From assembly GCF_006345805.1 (NCBI RefSeq), contig NC_043023.1, positions 16,802,001-16,866,000 on the forward strand: a stretch of DNA of 64,000 nt. Direction: 5' to 3'. The position numbers and the translations under genes were made by a program. This DNA comes from Octopus sinensis (taxonomy: Eukaryota). Shown here piece after piece: positions 1 through 12,707 of this stretch. The notes beneath the pieces were generated by a model, which worked only from the letters and a program-made list of their open reading frames with translations, ran no database searches and had not been told where the DNA came from. The stretch's first letter is position 1; the number at the start of each line of letters is the position of its first letter.

Positions 1-18
1 AACTGCCTCTTATATATG

Positions 19-406
19 TGTGGAAGCACTCCGTCGGTTACGACGACGAGGGTTCCGGTTGAATCCGAATCAACGGAACAGCCTGCTCGTGAAATTAATG
101 TGTAAGTGGCTGAGCACTCCACAGACACGTGTACCCTTAACGTAGTTCTCGGGGATATTCAGCGTGACACAGAGAGTGACAAGGCCAGCCCCTTGAAATA
201 CAGTTACAACAGAAACAGGAAGTAAGAGTGAGAGAAAGTTGTGGTGAAAGAGTACAGCAGGGATCGCCACCACCCCCTGCCGGAGCCTCGTGGAGCTTTA
301 GGTGTTTTCGCTCAATAAACACTCACAATGCCCGGTCTGGGAATCGAAACCGCGATCCTATGACCGCGAGTCCGCTGCCCTAACCACTGGGCCATTGCGC
401 CTCCAC
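19..406 (-). mobile_element. tRNA-derived SINE family B (copies also at 1949-2336 and 29016-29385 on minus, 7317-7470 partial on plus, old copy at 9777-10350)
   Basis: Head tggaggcgcaatggcccagtggttagggcagcgg (A box), ggtttcgattccc (B box), shared body and tail. Confidence 0.85.
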
Positions 407-778
407 ATATTGTAAATAATGTACACATTATATTGTAAATACTAAAACGTTTTAAGCTACTACACCCTATATGTTTGTCTGTATTTGTATGTCCCCTCTA
501 TGTAACGCCTTAATGACGAATTTTCATGAAATAAAGTAGCTTGTCTACCAACCACATGGTTCTGGGTTCAGTCCCACTGTATGGCACCTTGAGCAAGTGT
601 CTTCTACTATAGCTTCGGGCCGACCAAAGCCTTGTGAGTGGATTTGGTAGACAGAAACTGAAAGAAGCCTGTTGTATACATGTATATATATTATATATAT
701 ATATATATATGAATGGTGGTGCCCCAGCATGGCCACAGCTCGTGAGCTGAAACTAGATGAAAAAAAATATATATATAG

Positions 779-1165
779 GCATAGGAGTGGCTGTGTGGTA
801 AGTAGCTTGTTTACTAACCACATGATTCCGGGTTCAGTCCCACTGCGTGGCATCTTTGGCAAGTGTCTTCTGCTATAGCCCCGGGCCGACCAATGACTTG
901 TGAGTGGATTTGGTAGACGGAAACTGAAAGAAGCCTGTCGTATATGTGTATATATGTATGTGTGTGTATATGTTTGTGTGTCTGTGTTTGTCCCCCTAGC
1001 ATTGCTTGACAACCGATGCTGGTGCGTTTACGTCCCCATCACTTAGCGGTTCGGCAAAAAGACCGATAGAATAAGTACTGAGCTTACAAAGAATAAGTCC
1101 CGGGGTCGAAAGGCGGTGCTCCAGCATGGCCGCAGTCAAATGACTGAAACAAGTAAAAGAGAGAA
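779..1165 (+). mobile_element. tRNA/CORE-like SINE family A (representative full copy)
   Basis: ggagtggctgtgtggtaag (A box), gggttcagtccc (B box), ccttgggcaagtg CORE-like motif, tail ...gaaacaagtaaaagag; other copies at 536-680, 2466-2610, 2930-3470, 5655-6175, 10886-11268, 17929-18305 and 63510-63680 (plus), 3885-4575, 31225-31680 and 51180-51635 (minus). Confidence 0.88.
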
Positions 1166-1749
1166 AAGAGAAAGATATATATATATATGAATGGCGGTGC
1201 CCCAGCCTGGCCACAGCTCGTGAGCTGAAACTAGATGAAAAAATATATATATAGGCATAGGAGTGGCTGTGTGGTAAGTAGCTTGTTTACTAAAAGGTCG
1301 TTAGTTTGAAATTTAATGCAAACTTGATATCCAACATCGGTGTAGGGAAAATCTATGTGAACTTTAAAAAAATATCTCAGAAAAATCGGTTTGCTATGTG
1401 TGCCACATATGATGAAATTAACCGATTTTTCTCCAGTAATAACGTATCCTATTGGAATCAAAAGAGCCATATAGCTCCTTGGAGCAGACATGATGCTCGC
1501 TGTGAACTTCAAAAAAAAATTCCTGCCAATTTGTTAAAGATGTTGTCGAAAATATGTCATCTTGAATTTGAACGCGATTTCCCAAACAGGCAGGTTTTTA
1601 TCGATTTTTTCTGATGGTAAGGTATTGCATGGAAAAATAACATCAGAATTAAGTTCCTTAGGGTAACATTAAGCTTCACCATGAGTTTGGTGAAAATCGA
1701 TTGCAAGTTGCAAAAACTACAACGGAAAATGTGTTGCATATGATAAGCT

Positions 1750-1945
1750 TAGATTCTCGACCCCGTGTTGAATTTATCGATTTTTTTCAGAACTGGGGCC
1801 ACTTTTCAAAATTTTCGCTGCGTTAGTTTTGAATTATGACATTGGGCTATGTGTGTGTCAAGTTTCATCAGAATCTGTTGAAAGCCGTGGTCAGGGTGAG
1901 GGTACAACCTGACAGACACACAGACAGACAAACTGCCTCTTATAT
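1750..1945 (-). mobile_element. Helitron subtype 2 fragment (5' half)
   Basis: Matches interior of 58864-59245. Confidence 0.65.
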
Positions 1946-2605
1946 ATGTGTGGAAGCACTCTGTCGGTTACGACGACGAGGGTTCCGGTTGAATCCGAAT
2001 CAACGGAACAGCCTGCTCGTGAAATTAATGTGTAAGTGGCTGAGCACTCCACAGACACGTGTACCCTTAACGTAGTTCTCGGGGATATTCAGCGTGACAC
2101 AGAGAGTGACAAGGCCGGCCCTTTGAAATACAGGTACAACAGAAACAGGAAGTAAGAGTGAGAGAAAGTTGTGGTGAAAGAGTACAGCAGGGATTACCAC
2201 CATCCCCTGCCGGAGCTTCGTGGAGCTTTAGGCGTTTTCGCTCAATAAACACTCACAACGCCCAGTCTGGGAATCGAAACCGCGATCCTATGACCGCGAG
2301 TCCGCTGCCCTAACCACTGGGCCATTGCGCCTCCACATATTGTAAATAATGTACACATTATATTGTAAATACTAAAACGTTTTAAGCTACTACACCCTAT
2401 ATGTTTGTCTGTATTTGTATGTCCCCTCTATGTAACGCCTTAATGACGAATTTTCATGAAATAAAGTAGCTTGTCTACCAACCACATGGTTCTGGGTTCA
2501 GTCCCACTGTATGGCACCTTGAGCAAGTGTCTTCTACTATAGCTTCGGGCCGACCAAAGCCTTGTGAGTGGATTTGGTAGACAGAAACTGAAAGAAGCCT
2601 GTTGT

Positions 2606-2644
<39 letters not shown>

Positions 2645-5600
2645 TCCGCGGAACCCTGGTTGAGATATATACAGATATATATAGAGATATATATAGGGAA
2701 AATGTACAAAAGACAAAGATAGGTGGTGTAGAAACAAACAGGTATATTAGTATAACACTCGGGAAGTGAAAATGTCATCTTGGACCTGCTAAAAAAGAGA
2801 GGTAAAGGATAGGATTTCTGGGAAAACTTCCTTTTAAAGTTTATATTGAAGAAAATCAGGTTTTTAAATATGTTTATCAAACACAAATTATACAATAGAA
2901 AAAGAACATAATTTGTACAGAAGTTTTATAGGCGCAGAAGTGGCTGTGTGTGTTAACCAACCACATGGTTCCGGGTTCAGTCCCACTGCGTGGCATCTTG
3001 GGCAAGTGTCTTCTACTATAGCCCCGGGCCGACCAATGCCTTGTGAGTGGATTTGGTAGATGGAAACTGAAAGAAGCCCGTCGTATATATATATATGTAG
3101 GCGTAGGAGTGGCTGTGTGGTAAGTAGCTTGCTAACCAACCACATGGTTCCGGGTTCAGTCCCACTACGTGGCATCTTGGGCAAGTGTCTTCTGCTATAG
3201 CCCCGGGCCGACCAATGCCTTGCGAGTGGATTTGGTAGACGGAAATTGAAAGAAGCCTGTCATATATATGTATGTGTGTGTTTGTGTGTCTGTGTTTGTC
3301 CCCCTAGCATTGCTTGACAACCGATGCTGGTGTGTTTACGTCCCCGTCACTTAACGGTTCGGCAAAAGAGACCGATAGAATAAGTACTGGGCTTACAAAG
3401 AATAAGTCCCGGGGTCGAAAGGCGGTGCTCCAGCATGGCCACAGTCAAATGACTGAAACAAGTAAAAGGGAGAAAAGAGAAAGATATATATATATATATA
3501 TATATGTATATAGAGGTAAAGAATAGGATTTCTGGGAAAACTTTCCTTTTTAAGTTTATATTGAAGAAGATCAGGTTTTTAAATATGCTTATCAAACACA
3601 AATCATACAATAGAAAAAGATCATTTCAATTGGATTAGAGCTGTAAATTTGTGAATGCACACAGCAAGAAATAACATATTTTGTACTGAAGTTTTATAGG
3701 CGCAGGAGTGGCTCTGTGTGTGAAAGGAGGTTATTTTATAGTTTTCCTTTGTTTGACGATTGTTCATTGATTTCTTTGAAATTTTTATGCTTTGAAGAGA
3801 GGAGAAAATGAAAGCTGTATGTACACTTATAGGAAATGGACACATAAGAGAAAGAGAGTGAAGAAGTGTGTTGTGATATACTCTTTACTCTTACTTGTTT
3901 CAGTCATTTGACTGCGGCCATGCTGGAGCACCGCCTTTAGTCGAGCAAACTCGACCCCGGGACTTATTCTTTTGTAAGCCCAGTACTTATTCTATCGGTC
4001 TCTTTTGCCGAACCGCTAAGTTTACTCTTTTACTTGTTTCAGTCAAATCGACCCGGGGACTTATTCTTTGTAAGCCCAGTACTTATTCTATCGGTCTCTT
4101 TTGCTGAACCTCTAAGTGACGGGGACGTAAACACACCAGCATTGGTTGTCAAGCAATGCTAGGGGGACAAACACAGACACACACATATATATTTCTTTAC
4201 TACCCACAAGGGGCTAAACACAGAGGAGACAAATGCATTAAGTCGATTACATCGACCCCAGTGCGTAACTGGTACTTAATTTATCGACCCCGGAAGGATG
4301 AAAGGCAAATTCTAGCTCAGCGGAATTTGAACTTGGAACGCAACGGCAGACAAAATACGGCAACGCATTTCGCCCGGCATGCTAACGTTTCTGCCAGCTC
4401 GCATATATGCGACAGGCTTCTTTCAGTTTCCGTCTACCAAATCCACTCACAAGGCATTGGTCGGTCTGGGGCTATAGCAGAAGACACTTGCCCAAGATGC
4501 CACGCTGTGGGACTGAACCCAGAACCATGTGGTTGGTTAGCAAGCTACTTACCACACAGCCACTCCTGCGCCTATGAATCTCTTTGTATGTACGTGTAAG
4601 TGACACTCACTTGCTCTCTCACACACACAAGCCCATAAATACATTTGCATGCGTCTTTTTTATGCATGTGGGAAAGAGAGAGAGTGCGACTGTTTCCTCA
4701 TAACACATAGAAAATGGATTTGTTTGTCTGAGTAGAATTCTATGCATATGAGAAACGGAAGCAAATTGAAATACTGTCCAAAAATGACTCAAAATTGGGT
4801 GACCTAACCTAGTTTCCAAGGTTATTTAAGTTGTGCCCAAAACATTTATTGTTTGGTTCATAGATAAACAGCTTTCTATAGAACACTCATGTGACTAATT
4901 TGGAGAAATAATGCTTTCATTATTCACATGTCGTCACTCTTATAATCCAACACTTTTAGTTCAAATTGAAAGTGTGAAACTATTTTTCACTTCCTAATGA
5001 AACTTGGTTGTTGAGATAACGTAGAAAATCATCATCGTTTAGCGTCCGCTTTCCATGCTAGCATGGGTTGGACGGTTCAACTGGGGTCTGGGAAGCCAGA
5101 AGGCTGCACCAGGCCCAGTCTGATCTGGCAACATTTCTATGGCTGGATGCCCTTCCTAACGCCAACCACTCCGTGAGTGTAGTGGGTGCTTTTTATGTGC
5201 CACCGGCACAGGTGCCAGACGGGGCTGGAAAATGGCCAGTCGGATGGTGCTTTTTATGTGCCACCGGCACGGGGTCCAGGCAGGGCTGGCAACGGCCACG
5301 ATCGGATGGTGCGTTTTACGTGCCACCGGCACGGAGGCCAGTCGGGGTGATGCTGGCAACGGCCACAATCGGATGGTTCGCTTACATGCCACCGGCACTA
5401 AAAAAACATTCTGTGCCGTATGAATATGTCCCTCGTTTAAGAAACAGATTGGGTTTATTTACATTTGTGAAGAAAAAAAGATACCCTTCCCCCTAACTAA
5501 ACCTAAAGTATATTGAAATGCAATAGATCGATACTAGGATCATATCTATGGGTGACAATTTCATATGACACCGCTAGAAAAAACTGCCGTTCAAACAGAA

Positions 5601-6383
5601 AAGACCCAAAGTTACTGTGTCACCAAATGTAACAAAGTACAGAAAGTCAACAAGCGCAGGAGTGGCTGTGTGGTAAGTATCTTGCTTACCAACCACATGG
5701 TTCCGGGTTCAGTCCCACTGCGAGGCATCTTGGGCAAGTGTCTTCTGCTATAGCCTCGGGCCAACCACAGCTTTGTGAGTGGATTTGGTAGACAGAAACT
5801 GAAAGAAGCCCGTCGTATATGTGTATGCGTGTATGTTTGTGTGTCTGTGTTTGTCCCCCTAGCATTGCTTGACAACCGATGCTGGTGTTTATGTCCCCGT
5901 TACTTAGCGGTTCGGCAAAAGAGACTGATAAAATAAGTACTGGGCTTGCAAAGAATAAGTCCCGGGATCGAGTTTCTCGACTAAAGGCGGTGCTCCAGCA
6001 TGGCCGCAGTCAAATGACTGAAAGAAGTAAAAAGAGTAAACTTAGCGGTTCGGCAAAAGAGACTGATAGAATAAGTACTGGGCTTGCAAAGAATAAGTCC
6101 CGGGGTCGATTTGCTCGACTAAAGGTGGTGCTCCAGCATGGCCGCAGTCAACTGACTGAAACAAGTAAAAGAGTAATGTATTTGGAACGTGTACTAAATG
6201 ATATAAAATTCATGATTGAACAAATGTTAAGGTGAAGTAAGTCAAAGTCCAAGAAAATTCAGAAGGCAAAATTCAATTTTTCATACAAAAATAATTTATT
6301 TTACAATTTTGAAATAAATGCTGAACAAAGTGTATATAAAGGAAGATGTTGTTATGGATGTTTATTTAAAATATTTGCTAAAG

Positions 6384-7738
6384 GATGTATGTCTGCTCCT
6401 TCTCGAGCCATGCCTGGCTCATAAGGGCCGGTTTCCCGGTTTCTTTGGTGTATAGGTTCCCCACATGGACAGGACGCGCCGGTCCGTCGCAGGTGAGCTG
6501 CAAGATGCAGGAGAAAGAGCGAGAGAGTCAGCAGAAGTTTTGCCATTACCTTCTGCCGGAGCCACGTGGAGCTAAGATGTTTCACTCATAGACACACACA
6601 TCGCCCGGTCTGAGATTCGAACCCGCGATCCCTCGACCGCTGCTCTAACCATGTGCTTCCACACACACATATATATATTGTTTGTCCCTTCTAGAGTCAT
6701 GACTGGCTCATAAGGGCCGGTTTCCCGGTTTCCTTGGCGTATAGGTTCCCCACCTGGACGGGACGCCGGTTCGTCGCAGCTGAGCTGCAAGATGCAGGAG
6801 GAAAGAATGAGAGAAAGTTGTGGCAAAAGAGTCAGCAGAAGTTCACCATTACCTCCTGCTAGAGCCGCATGAAGCTTAGGTGTTTCGCTCATAAACACAC
6901 ACATCGCCCGGTCTGAGATTCGAACCCACAATCCTTCGACCGCGAGCCCAATGCTCTAATCATGTGTCTCCACACACACATATATATATATATGTTGTTT
7001 GTTCCTTCTCAAGCCATGCCTGGCTCATAAGGGCCGGTTTCCTTGGCGTATAAGTTCCCCACCTGGACGGGATGCTGGTCCGTCGCAGGTGAGCTGCAAG
7101 ATGCAGGAGGAAAAAGTGAGAGAAAGTTGTGGCAAAAGAGTCAGCAGAAGTTCACCATTACCTTCTGCCGGGGCCACGTGGAGCCTAGGTGGTTCGCTCA
7201 TAAACACAACCTGCGAACCCTCAACTGCGAGTCCACTACTCTAACCATGTGTCTCCACACACACACACACACATATATATATATGTATACATATATATAT
7301 ATATATATATATATATGTGGAGGCGCAATGGCCCAGTGGTTAGGGCAGCGGACTCGCGGTTTCGATTCCCAGACCGGGCGTTGTGAGTATTTATTGAGCG
7401 AAAACACCTAAAAGCTCCATGAGGCTCCGGCAGGGGGTGGTGATCCCTGCTGTACTCTTTCACCACTCTTTCTTCTGTTGGCCTGCTCGCTTAGCCAGCG
7501 GGGTGGCGTCATTTGAAGGCTAAAACAATGCGAACGCATTGTGACCAGCAATGTGTAACTACATCTGATGGACTGGTCGGTCACGTGATATATATATTGT
7601 TTGTTCCTTCTGCCGGAGCCGCGTGGAGCTTAGGTGTTTCGCTCATAAACACACACATCGCCCGGTCTGAGATTCGAACCTGCGATCCCTCGACCGCAAG
7701 TCCGCTGCTCTAACCACTAGGCCATGTGCCTCCACACA
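6384..7738 (-). mobile_element. Cluster of SINE family D copies (6384-6665, 6675-6975, 6995-7262, 7585-7738)
   Basis: Head related to family B (A box ggcctagtggttagagc, B box ggttcgaatctc) with a different tail ending gagaaggaacaaac; more copies at 37460-37752, 38605-38886 and 57372-57665. Confidence 0.85.
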
Positions 7739-8007
7739 AAGGATCTATATAGCAAGATATAAATTAATCTGACATTACTATATACTTTTTTAACTGTGTA
7801 ACGTTATAGGCTGCAGAATAAATAGTGACCAACACAGTAAAAATGTTGTGTGGTGTTGATACTCACAGTGATGACAAAACATAACAGAAATATGATAAGG
7901 ACTTTTAAAAAAGCACTTCAAACAGGTTTGAAGGAGTGGAATAACATTTCTGTAATTATATTGAAAGAAATAATGAGGCTTTCTACTTTGACAAGTTTCT
8001 AAATCTC

Positions 8008-8385
8008 TCTATATATATAAAACTGAAGTAGTCTGTGTGTGTGTGCCAGGTTTGGTAGCCTTCAACTAACACTATCTCCTCTGAGACCCTGTGGCGCAGG
8101 CTGACCAAAATTGAGAGTATGATAGAAGAAGGCTTGCTCTTCATTCCGTAGAAGAAAAAATTCAAATCGGACCATGTTAACACCAAAAAGGTGCTTTTTT
8201 CTATGAAGAGCCCTATTTTTTTACGATCTTTTGACTGCTGTGTCGTCATTTTTCGGTGTATTTCAACCAGAAAAATGTTCACTTAAAGAGAATAACAAGC
8301 TACATAATGCCATATTTTTACTTTTCAAAAATTCCAATTCTAAAGGGTCGAAACAAACCCGAGCAACGCCGGGCGACACTGCTAG
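8008..8385 (+). mobile_element. Non-autonomous Helitron (subtype 3)
   Basis: 5' TCTATATATATAAAACT; 3' hairpin cccgagcaacgccggg followed 8 nt later by CTAG|T. Confidence 0.7.
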
Positions 8386-8474
8386 TTACAAAATAAAATC
8401 CTTTATATTCTGCCACACACAGACAACTTCAGCTTTATATATACAGAGAAGACCAAAAGCTTTCAAATTGATTG

Positions 8475-9746
8475 CTACATTTCTATATGAATATTTATGT
8501 GTGTAGTTAAGTGGCTTTTTTGAGAGAAGGATTTACCACAGATATCACAGTGATACGGTTTCTCGTCTGTATGAATGCGTTTGTGCGTCGTTAAATTACT
8601 TTTTTGCGTGAACGATTTACTGCAGACATCACAGTCGTATGGCTTCTCACCTGTATGAGTGAGCTTGTGTTTTGCTAAGATGTCCGTCCTGGAGAATGAT
8701 TTACCGCACACAGAACATCGAAACAGCTTTTCCCCCGTGTGCGTGAGCTTGTGTGTGCTTAGGTAACCCTTTTGAGCGAACGAGGTCCCACAGATGTCGC
8801 AAGTGTATGGCTTTTCTCCGGTATGGGTACGTACGTGAGATGTCAGGATATGTTTCCGAGAGAAAGCATTACCACAAATATCACAGCGATACGGTTTCTC
8901 TCCTGTATGGACACGCTTACGGCTGGCCTTCACGCCATTTCGAGAGACTGATTTAGCATGGTCATCAGAGAGATCGGGCGAATCCTTGATATGAACACGC
9001 TTGTGTTTAGTCAACAGATTTCTCTGAGAGAACGACTTATCGCATACCTTACAGAAAAACGGTTTCTCGCCAGTATGAATGCATTTGTGTATAGTTAAGC
9101 AATGTCTAACATAGAACGCTGCCCCACAAATTTCACAGCGAAATGGTTTCTCCCCCGTATGAATCCGTTTGTGTCTAGTCAAACAGCTGCTATCGAAGAA
9201 AGATTTCCCACAAATATCACAATGATATGGTTTCTCCCCCGTATGGCTACGTTTGTGTTTGGTTAAGTGTTCATGCTGAGAGAATGATTTACCACAGATA
9301 TCACAACGATATGGTTTTTCCCCTGTATGGATACGTATATGCATTTTCAAGTTACCGGTTTCAGAAAACGTTTTACCACAGATATCGCAGAAAAACGGCT
9401 TCTCTCCTGTATGAATACGTTTGTGAATAGTCAAGTAGCTACTCTGGGAGAAATATTTACAACAGATATCACACTGGTATGGCTTCTCTCCTGTATGTGT
9501 ACGTTGGTGGTTGGTCAGATGGTTACGCCGATAGAACGTTTTGCCACAGACATTGCAATGATATGGTTTATCGACTGCGTGAATACGTTGGTGATAAGTC
9601 AAGTTTCTTTTGTGAGGGAATGATTTACCACAGACTTCACAGCTATGCGATACTTTAGCGGTCCCATTTTTTGGGCCCCTGGGAGTACGAACACTTTTAG
9701 GCTTCTTTTTAATTTGAACCGGGTTGTCACACGATTCGGTTTCCAT
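8475..9746 (-). CDS. C2H2 zinc-finger protein (ZNF-1), 423 aa, 13 intact fingers plus 1 degenerate finger
   Basis: Open ORF with CxxC-x12-HxxxH fingers at 28-aa spacing joined by TGEKPY linkers; candidate acceptor ttttgccag just upstream of the ATG (AG at 9760-9759). Confidence 0.93.
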   Translation of the reverse strand: METESCDNPVQIKKKPKSVRTPRGPKNGTAKVSHSCEVCGKSFPHKRNLTYHQRIHAVDKPYHCNVCGKTFYRRNHLTNHQRTHTGEKPYQCDICCKYFSQSSYLTIHKRIHTGEKPFFCDICGKTFSETGNLKMHIRIHTGEKPYRCDICGKSFSQHEHLTKHKRSHTGEKPYHCDICGKSFFDSSCLTRHKRIHTGEKPFRCEICGAAFYVRHCLTIHKCIHTGEKPFFCKVCDKSFSQRNLLTKHKRVHIKDSPDLSDDHAKSVSRNGVKASRKRVHTGEKPYRCDICGNAFSRKHILTSHVRTHTGEKPYTCDICGTSFAQKGYLSTHKLTHTGEKLFRCSVCGKSFSRTDILAKHKLTHTGEKPYDCDVCSKSFTQKSNLTTHKRIHTDEKPYHCDICGKSFSQKSHLTTHINIHIEM

Positions 9747-11531
9747 AATTGCTCTCAGCTGGCAAAACTGAGTAGGACCTGTCTTTCAAAGGGCCAGCCC
9801 TGTCACAGTGAATCTCCCCCCAAGGACTATGTTAAAGCAGTGAGCTGGCAGAAACGTTAGCCCTCCGGGTGAAATGCTTAGCGGTATTTCGCGTGTCTTT
9901 ACGTTCTGAGTTCAAATTCCACCGAAGTCGACTTTGCCTTTCATCCTTTCGAGGGTCGATAAATTAAGTACCAGTTACGCACTGGGTCGATGTAATCAAC
10001 TTAATCCTTTTGTCTGTCCTTGTTTGTCCCTTCTGTGTTTAGCCTCTTGTGGGTAATAAAGAAATAGGTATTTTGTTTGTTGTTAAGTTCAGAGTTCAAA
10101 TTCAGCCGAGGTCGACTTTGTCTTTCATCCTTTCGGGGTCGATAAATTAAGTACCAGTTACGCAATGTGGTTGATGTAATCGACAATCTGTGTGTCTGTC
10201 CTTGTTTGTCCCGTGTTTAGTCCCTTGTGGGTAGTAAAAGAAATATGTACATGTATCTGTGGAGTACTCAGCCACTTGCACATTAATTTCCTATCGATTG
10301 GATCAACTGAAATTCTTGTTGTCGTAACAGACAGAGCACCAGTTAATTGATCGTTATCCACAACAATAATCATGTATTTCTGTTCGGTTTTTGTTGATCC
10401 CTAACAAATATTTATATTTTCCATTGCTAGATTTCCATCACTTGTAACCTTTACCAATATGTACAAACTTTAACGACCTTTACAAACTCCTCTGTAATTT
10501 ATAATCCACATTTAATTAGCATGTAAAATCATTCTGTAGACGTTCTCAATAATGATTAAAAGAAAAGCTGTAGTTCGTATCAGTTCAGTGGAATTATCTT
10601 ACAGTAATTCTACCAAAAATTTATATGAACAGGATTGCGTCTGATCTTTGTAAACTCCATCGGCGGAAGCTGATAAATGTTGTTGATGAATCTGACGTGA
10701 ACAATTCTTTGATGGCAACGTCATGGGTAATCTGAAATAATAAACAATAGTTTAAGATGGAGAAGATATATAAATTACATGGCTGAAATGTACAGCAAAT
10801 GAAATACAGAGGCAGGTGAGGGAGCAACAAGGAGGTGTATGAATCATTTTGGTTTGAACGGCAGTTTTTTAAAATAATTTCCACGTGGCTGTGTGGTAAG
10901 TAGCTTGCTAACTAACCACATGGTTCCGGGTTCAGTCCCACTGCGTGGCATCTTGGGCAAGTGTCTTCTACTATAGCCCCGGGCCGACCAATGCCTTGTG
11001 AGTGGATTTGGTAGACGGAAACTGAAAGAAGCCCATCGTATATATGTATGTGTGTGTGTGTATGTGTTTGTCCCCCTAGCATTGCTTGACAACCGATGCT
11101 GGTGTGTTTACGTCCCCGTCACTTAGCGGTTCAGCAAAAGAGACCGATAGAATAAGTACTGGGCTTACAAAGAATAAGTCCCGGGGTTGAGTTGCTCGAC
11201 TAAAGGCGGTGCTCCAGCATGGCCGCAGTCAAATGACTGAAACAAGTAAAAGAGTAAAAAAGAGAGTAACTAAACACTTTTAAACTTCGTATACTGGTAG
11301 AATATGTTTATAAAACATCATTTCCTCTTGGTTTTATTGAGAAAATTCTATAGTTTGTAAGATATTTCGTCTGAAATTACTTGCATTTTGGCAATTTTAA
11401 CCAATCGCTGATATCCATTTAGGTAAATAACATTCTGTGCATAATGAATATGTCCCTCGTTTAAGAAACAGATTGGGTTTATTTACATTTGTGAAGAAAA
11501 AAAGATACCCTTCCGCCACCCCTAACCCTAA

Positions 11532-11900
11532 GGATCTCTTCGGTTTGAATGGCAGTTTTTTTTAAAATAATTTCCACGTAACTAAACACTTTTAAACTTC
11601 GTATACAGGTAGAATGTGTTTATCAAACATCTTTTTCTCTTGAGAAAATTCTATAGTTTGTAAGATATTTGTTTTTTTTTTTCTTCAATTTCAACCAATC
11701 AATGACGTCTATTGAGGTGAAAACATTCTGTGCCGTATGAAAATATCCCTCGTTTAAGAAACAGATTGGGTTTATTTACATTTCTAACCCTAACCTTAAA
11801 GTAGATTGAAATGCAATAGATCGATACTAGGGTCATAATTATGGGTGACAATTTCATATGACACCGCTAGAAAAAACTGCCGTTCAAACCGAAAAGATCC
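11532..11900. mobile_element. MITE-like element with about 29-bp TIRs (family F)
   Basis: GGATCTCTTCGGTTTGAATGGCAGTTTTT ... AAAAACTGCCGTTCAAACCGAAAAGATCC; no TSD seen; relatives at about 5400-5608, 10849-11531, 45766-46172 and 46612-46700. Confidence 0.7.
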
Positions 11901-12707
11901 CCGCAGTCTAATAGCTGAAACAAGTAAAAGATACACAAAAGAATTCGGTGCTCGATTTAAAGTGGTATTTAGCTGTTATTTTTAGCATATGTCATGACCA
12001 CTTCTTACCGTTCTCCTTTGTCAGTCGTATCTATTTTGCTAGGAATTTCTGCAAATTTGCATTCTACACACGGGAATTCATACGATTATGCAAATAACAA
12101 CAAATTGGGGGTGCGTAATTCAAGGGGTATTTAGCTGCTATTTTTAGTATACCTCACGTCGTCCGCCTGTCCTTTTCGCTTGTTTGACACTCTGACGAAC
12201 TGATGTTTTTTTTTCAATATTTTTCTCCCCTAAACACACTTAATGGCTTCTTGCAGGGGATTTTAGCGAATTTGCATCCTACACACGGGAATTCATACGA
12301 TTATGCAGAACCCCTCCGCCAACTCCACACAATTTTTGGTGCATGATTTAAGGGGCATTTAGCTGTTATTTTTAGCATATGTCACGACCACCTCATACTT
12401 CCCTCGCTTATTTGTCAATCGTATTGATGTTTTTCAAAATTTTTCACCCCCATAAACACATTTAATGGTCTATTTTGCTAGGAATTTCTGCAAATTTGTA
12501 TCCTACACACGGGAATTCATACGATTATGCAAATAACAAAAAATTGGGGGTGCGTAATTTAAGGGGTATTTAGCTGTTATTTCTAGCACACCGTGACCAC
12601 CTCATCCTTTCCTCCACCCCATAAACACATTTGACCGTCTATTTTGCTGGGATTTAAACCAAAAATTCTGACTATCCGTATTTTAAAACTGTGATGTAAA
12701 AGGAAAA

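Noticed and set aside
545-1012. Recurrent ORFs with MPRSGTEPGTMWLV, DKVDLGGI or PVFQRAGLVTL peptides
   Set aside because: Translations of SINE families A, B and C
7317-7400. Possible tRNA genes at SINE heads
   Set aside because: A and B boxes are present but there is no complete cloverleaf, and they run on into SINE bodies
12192-12198. Other CTGANGA hits (1865 minus, 12192, 23518, 34305, 39205, 47838 minus)
   Set aside because: No properly placed GAAA, helix III and UH with helix I; chance matches or Helitron/transposase interior
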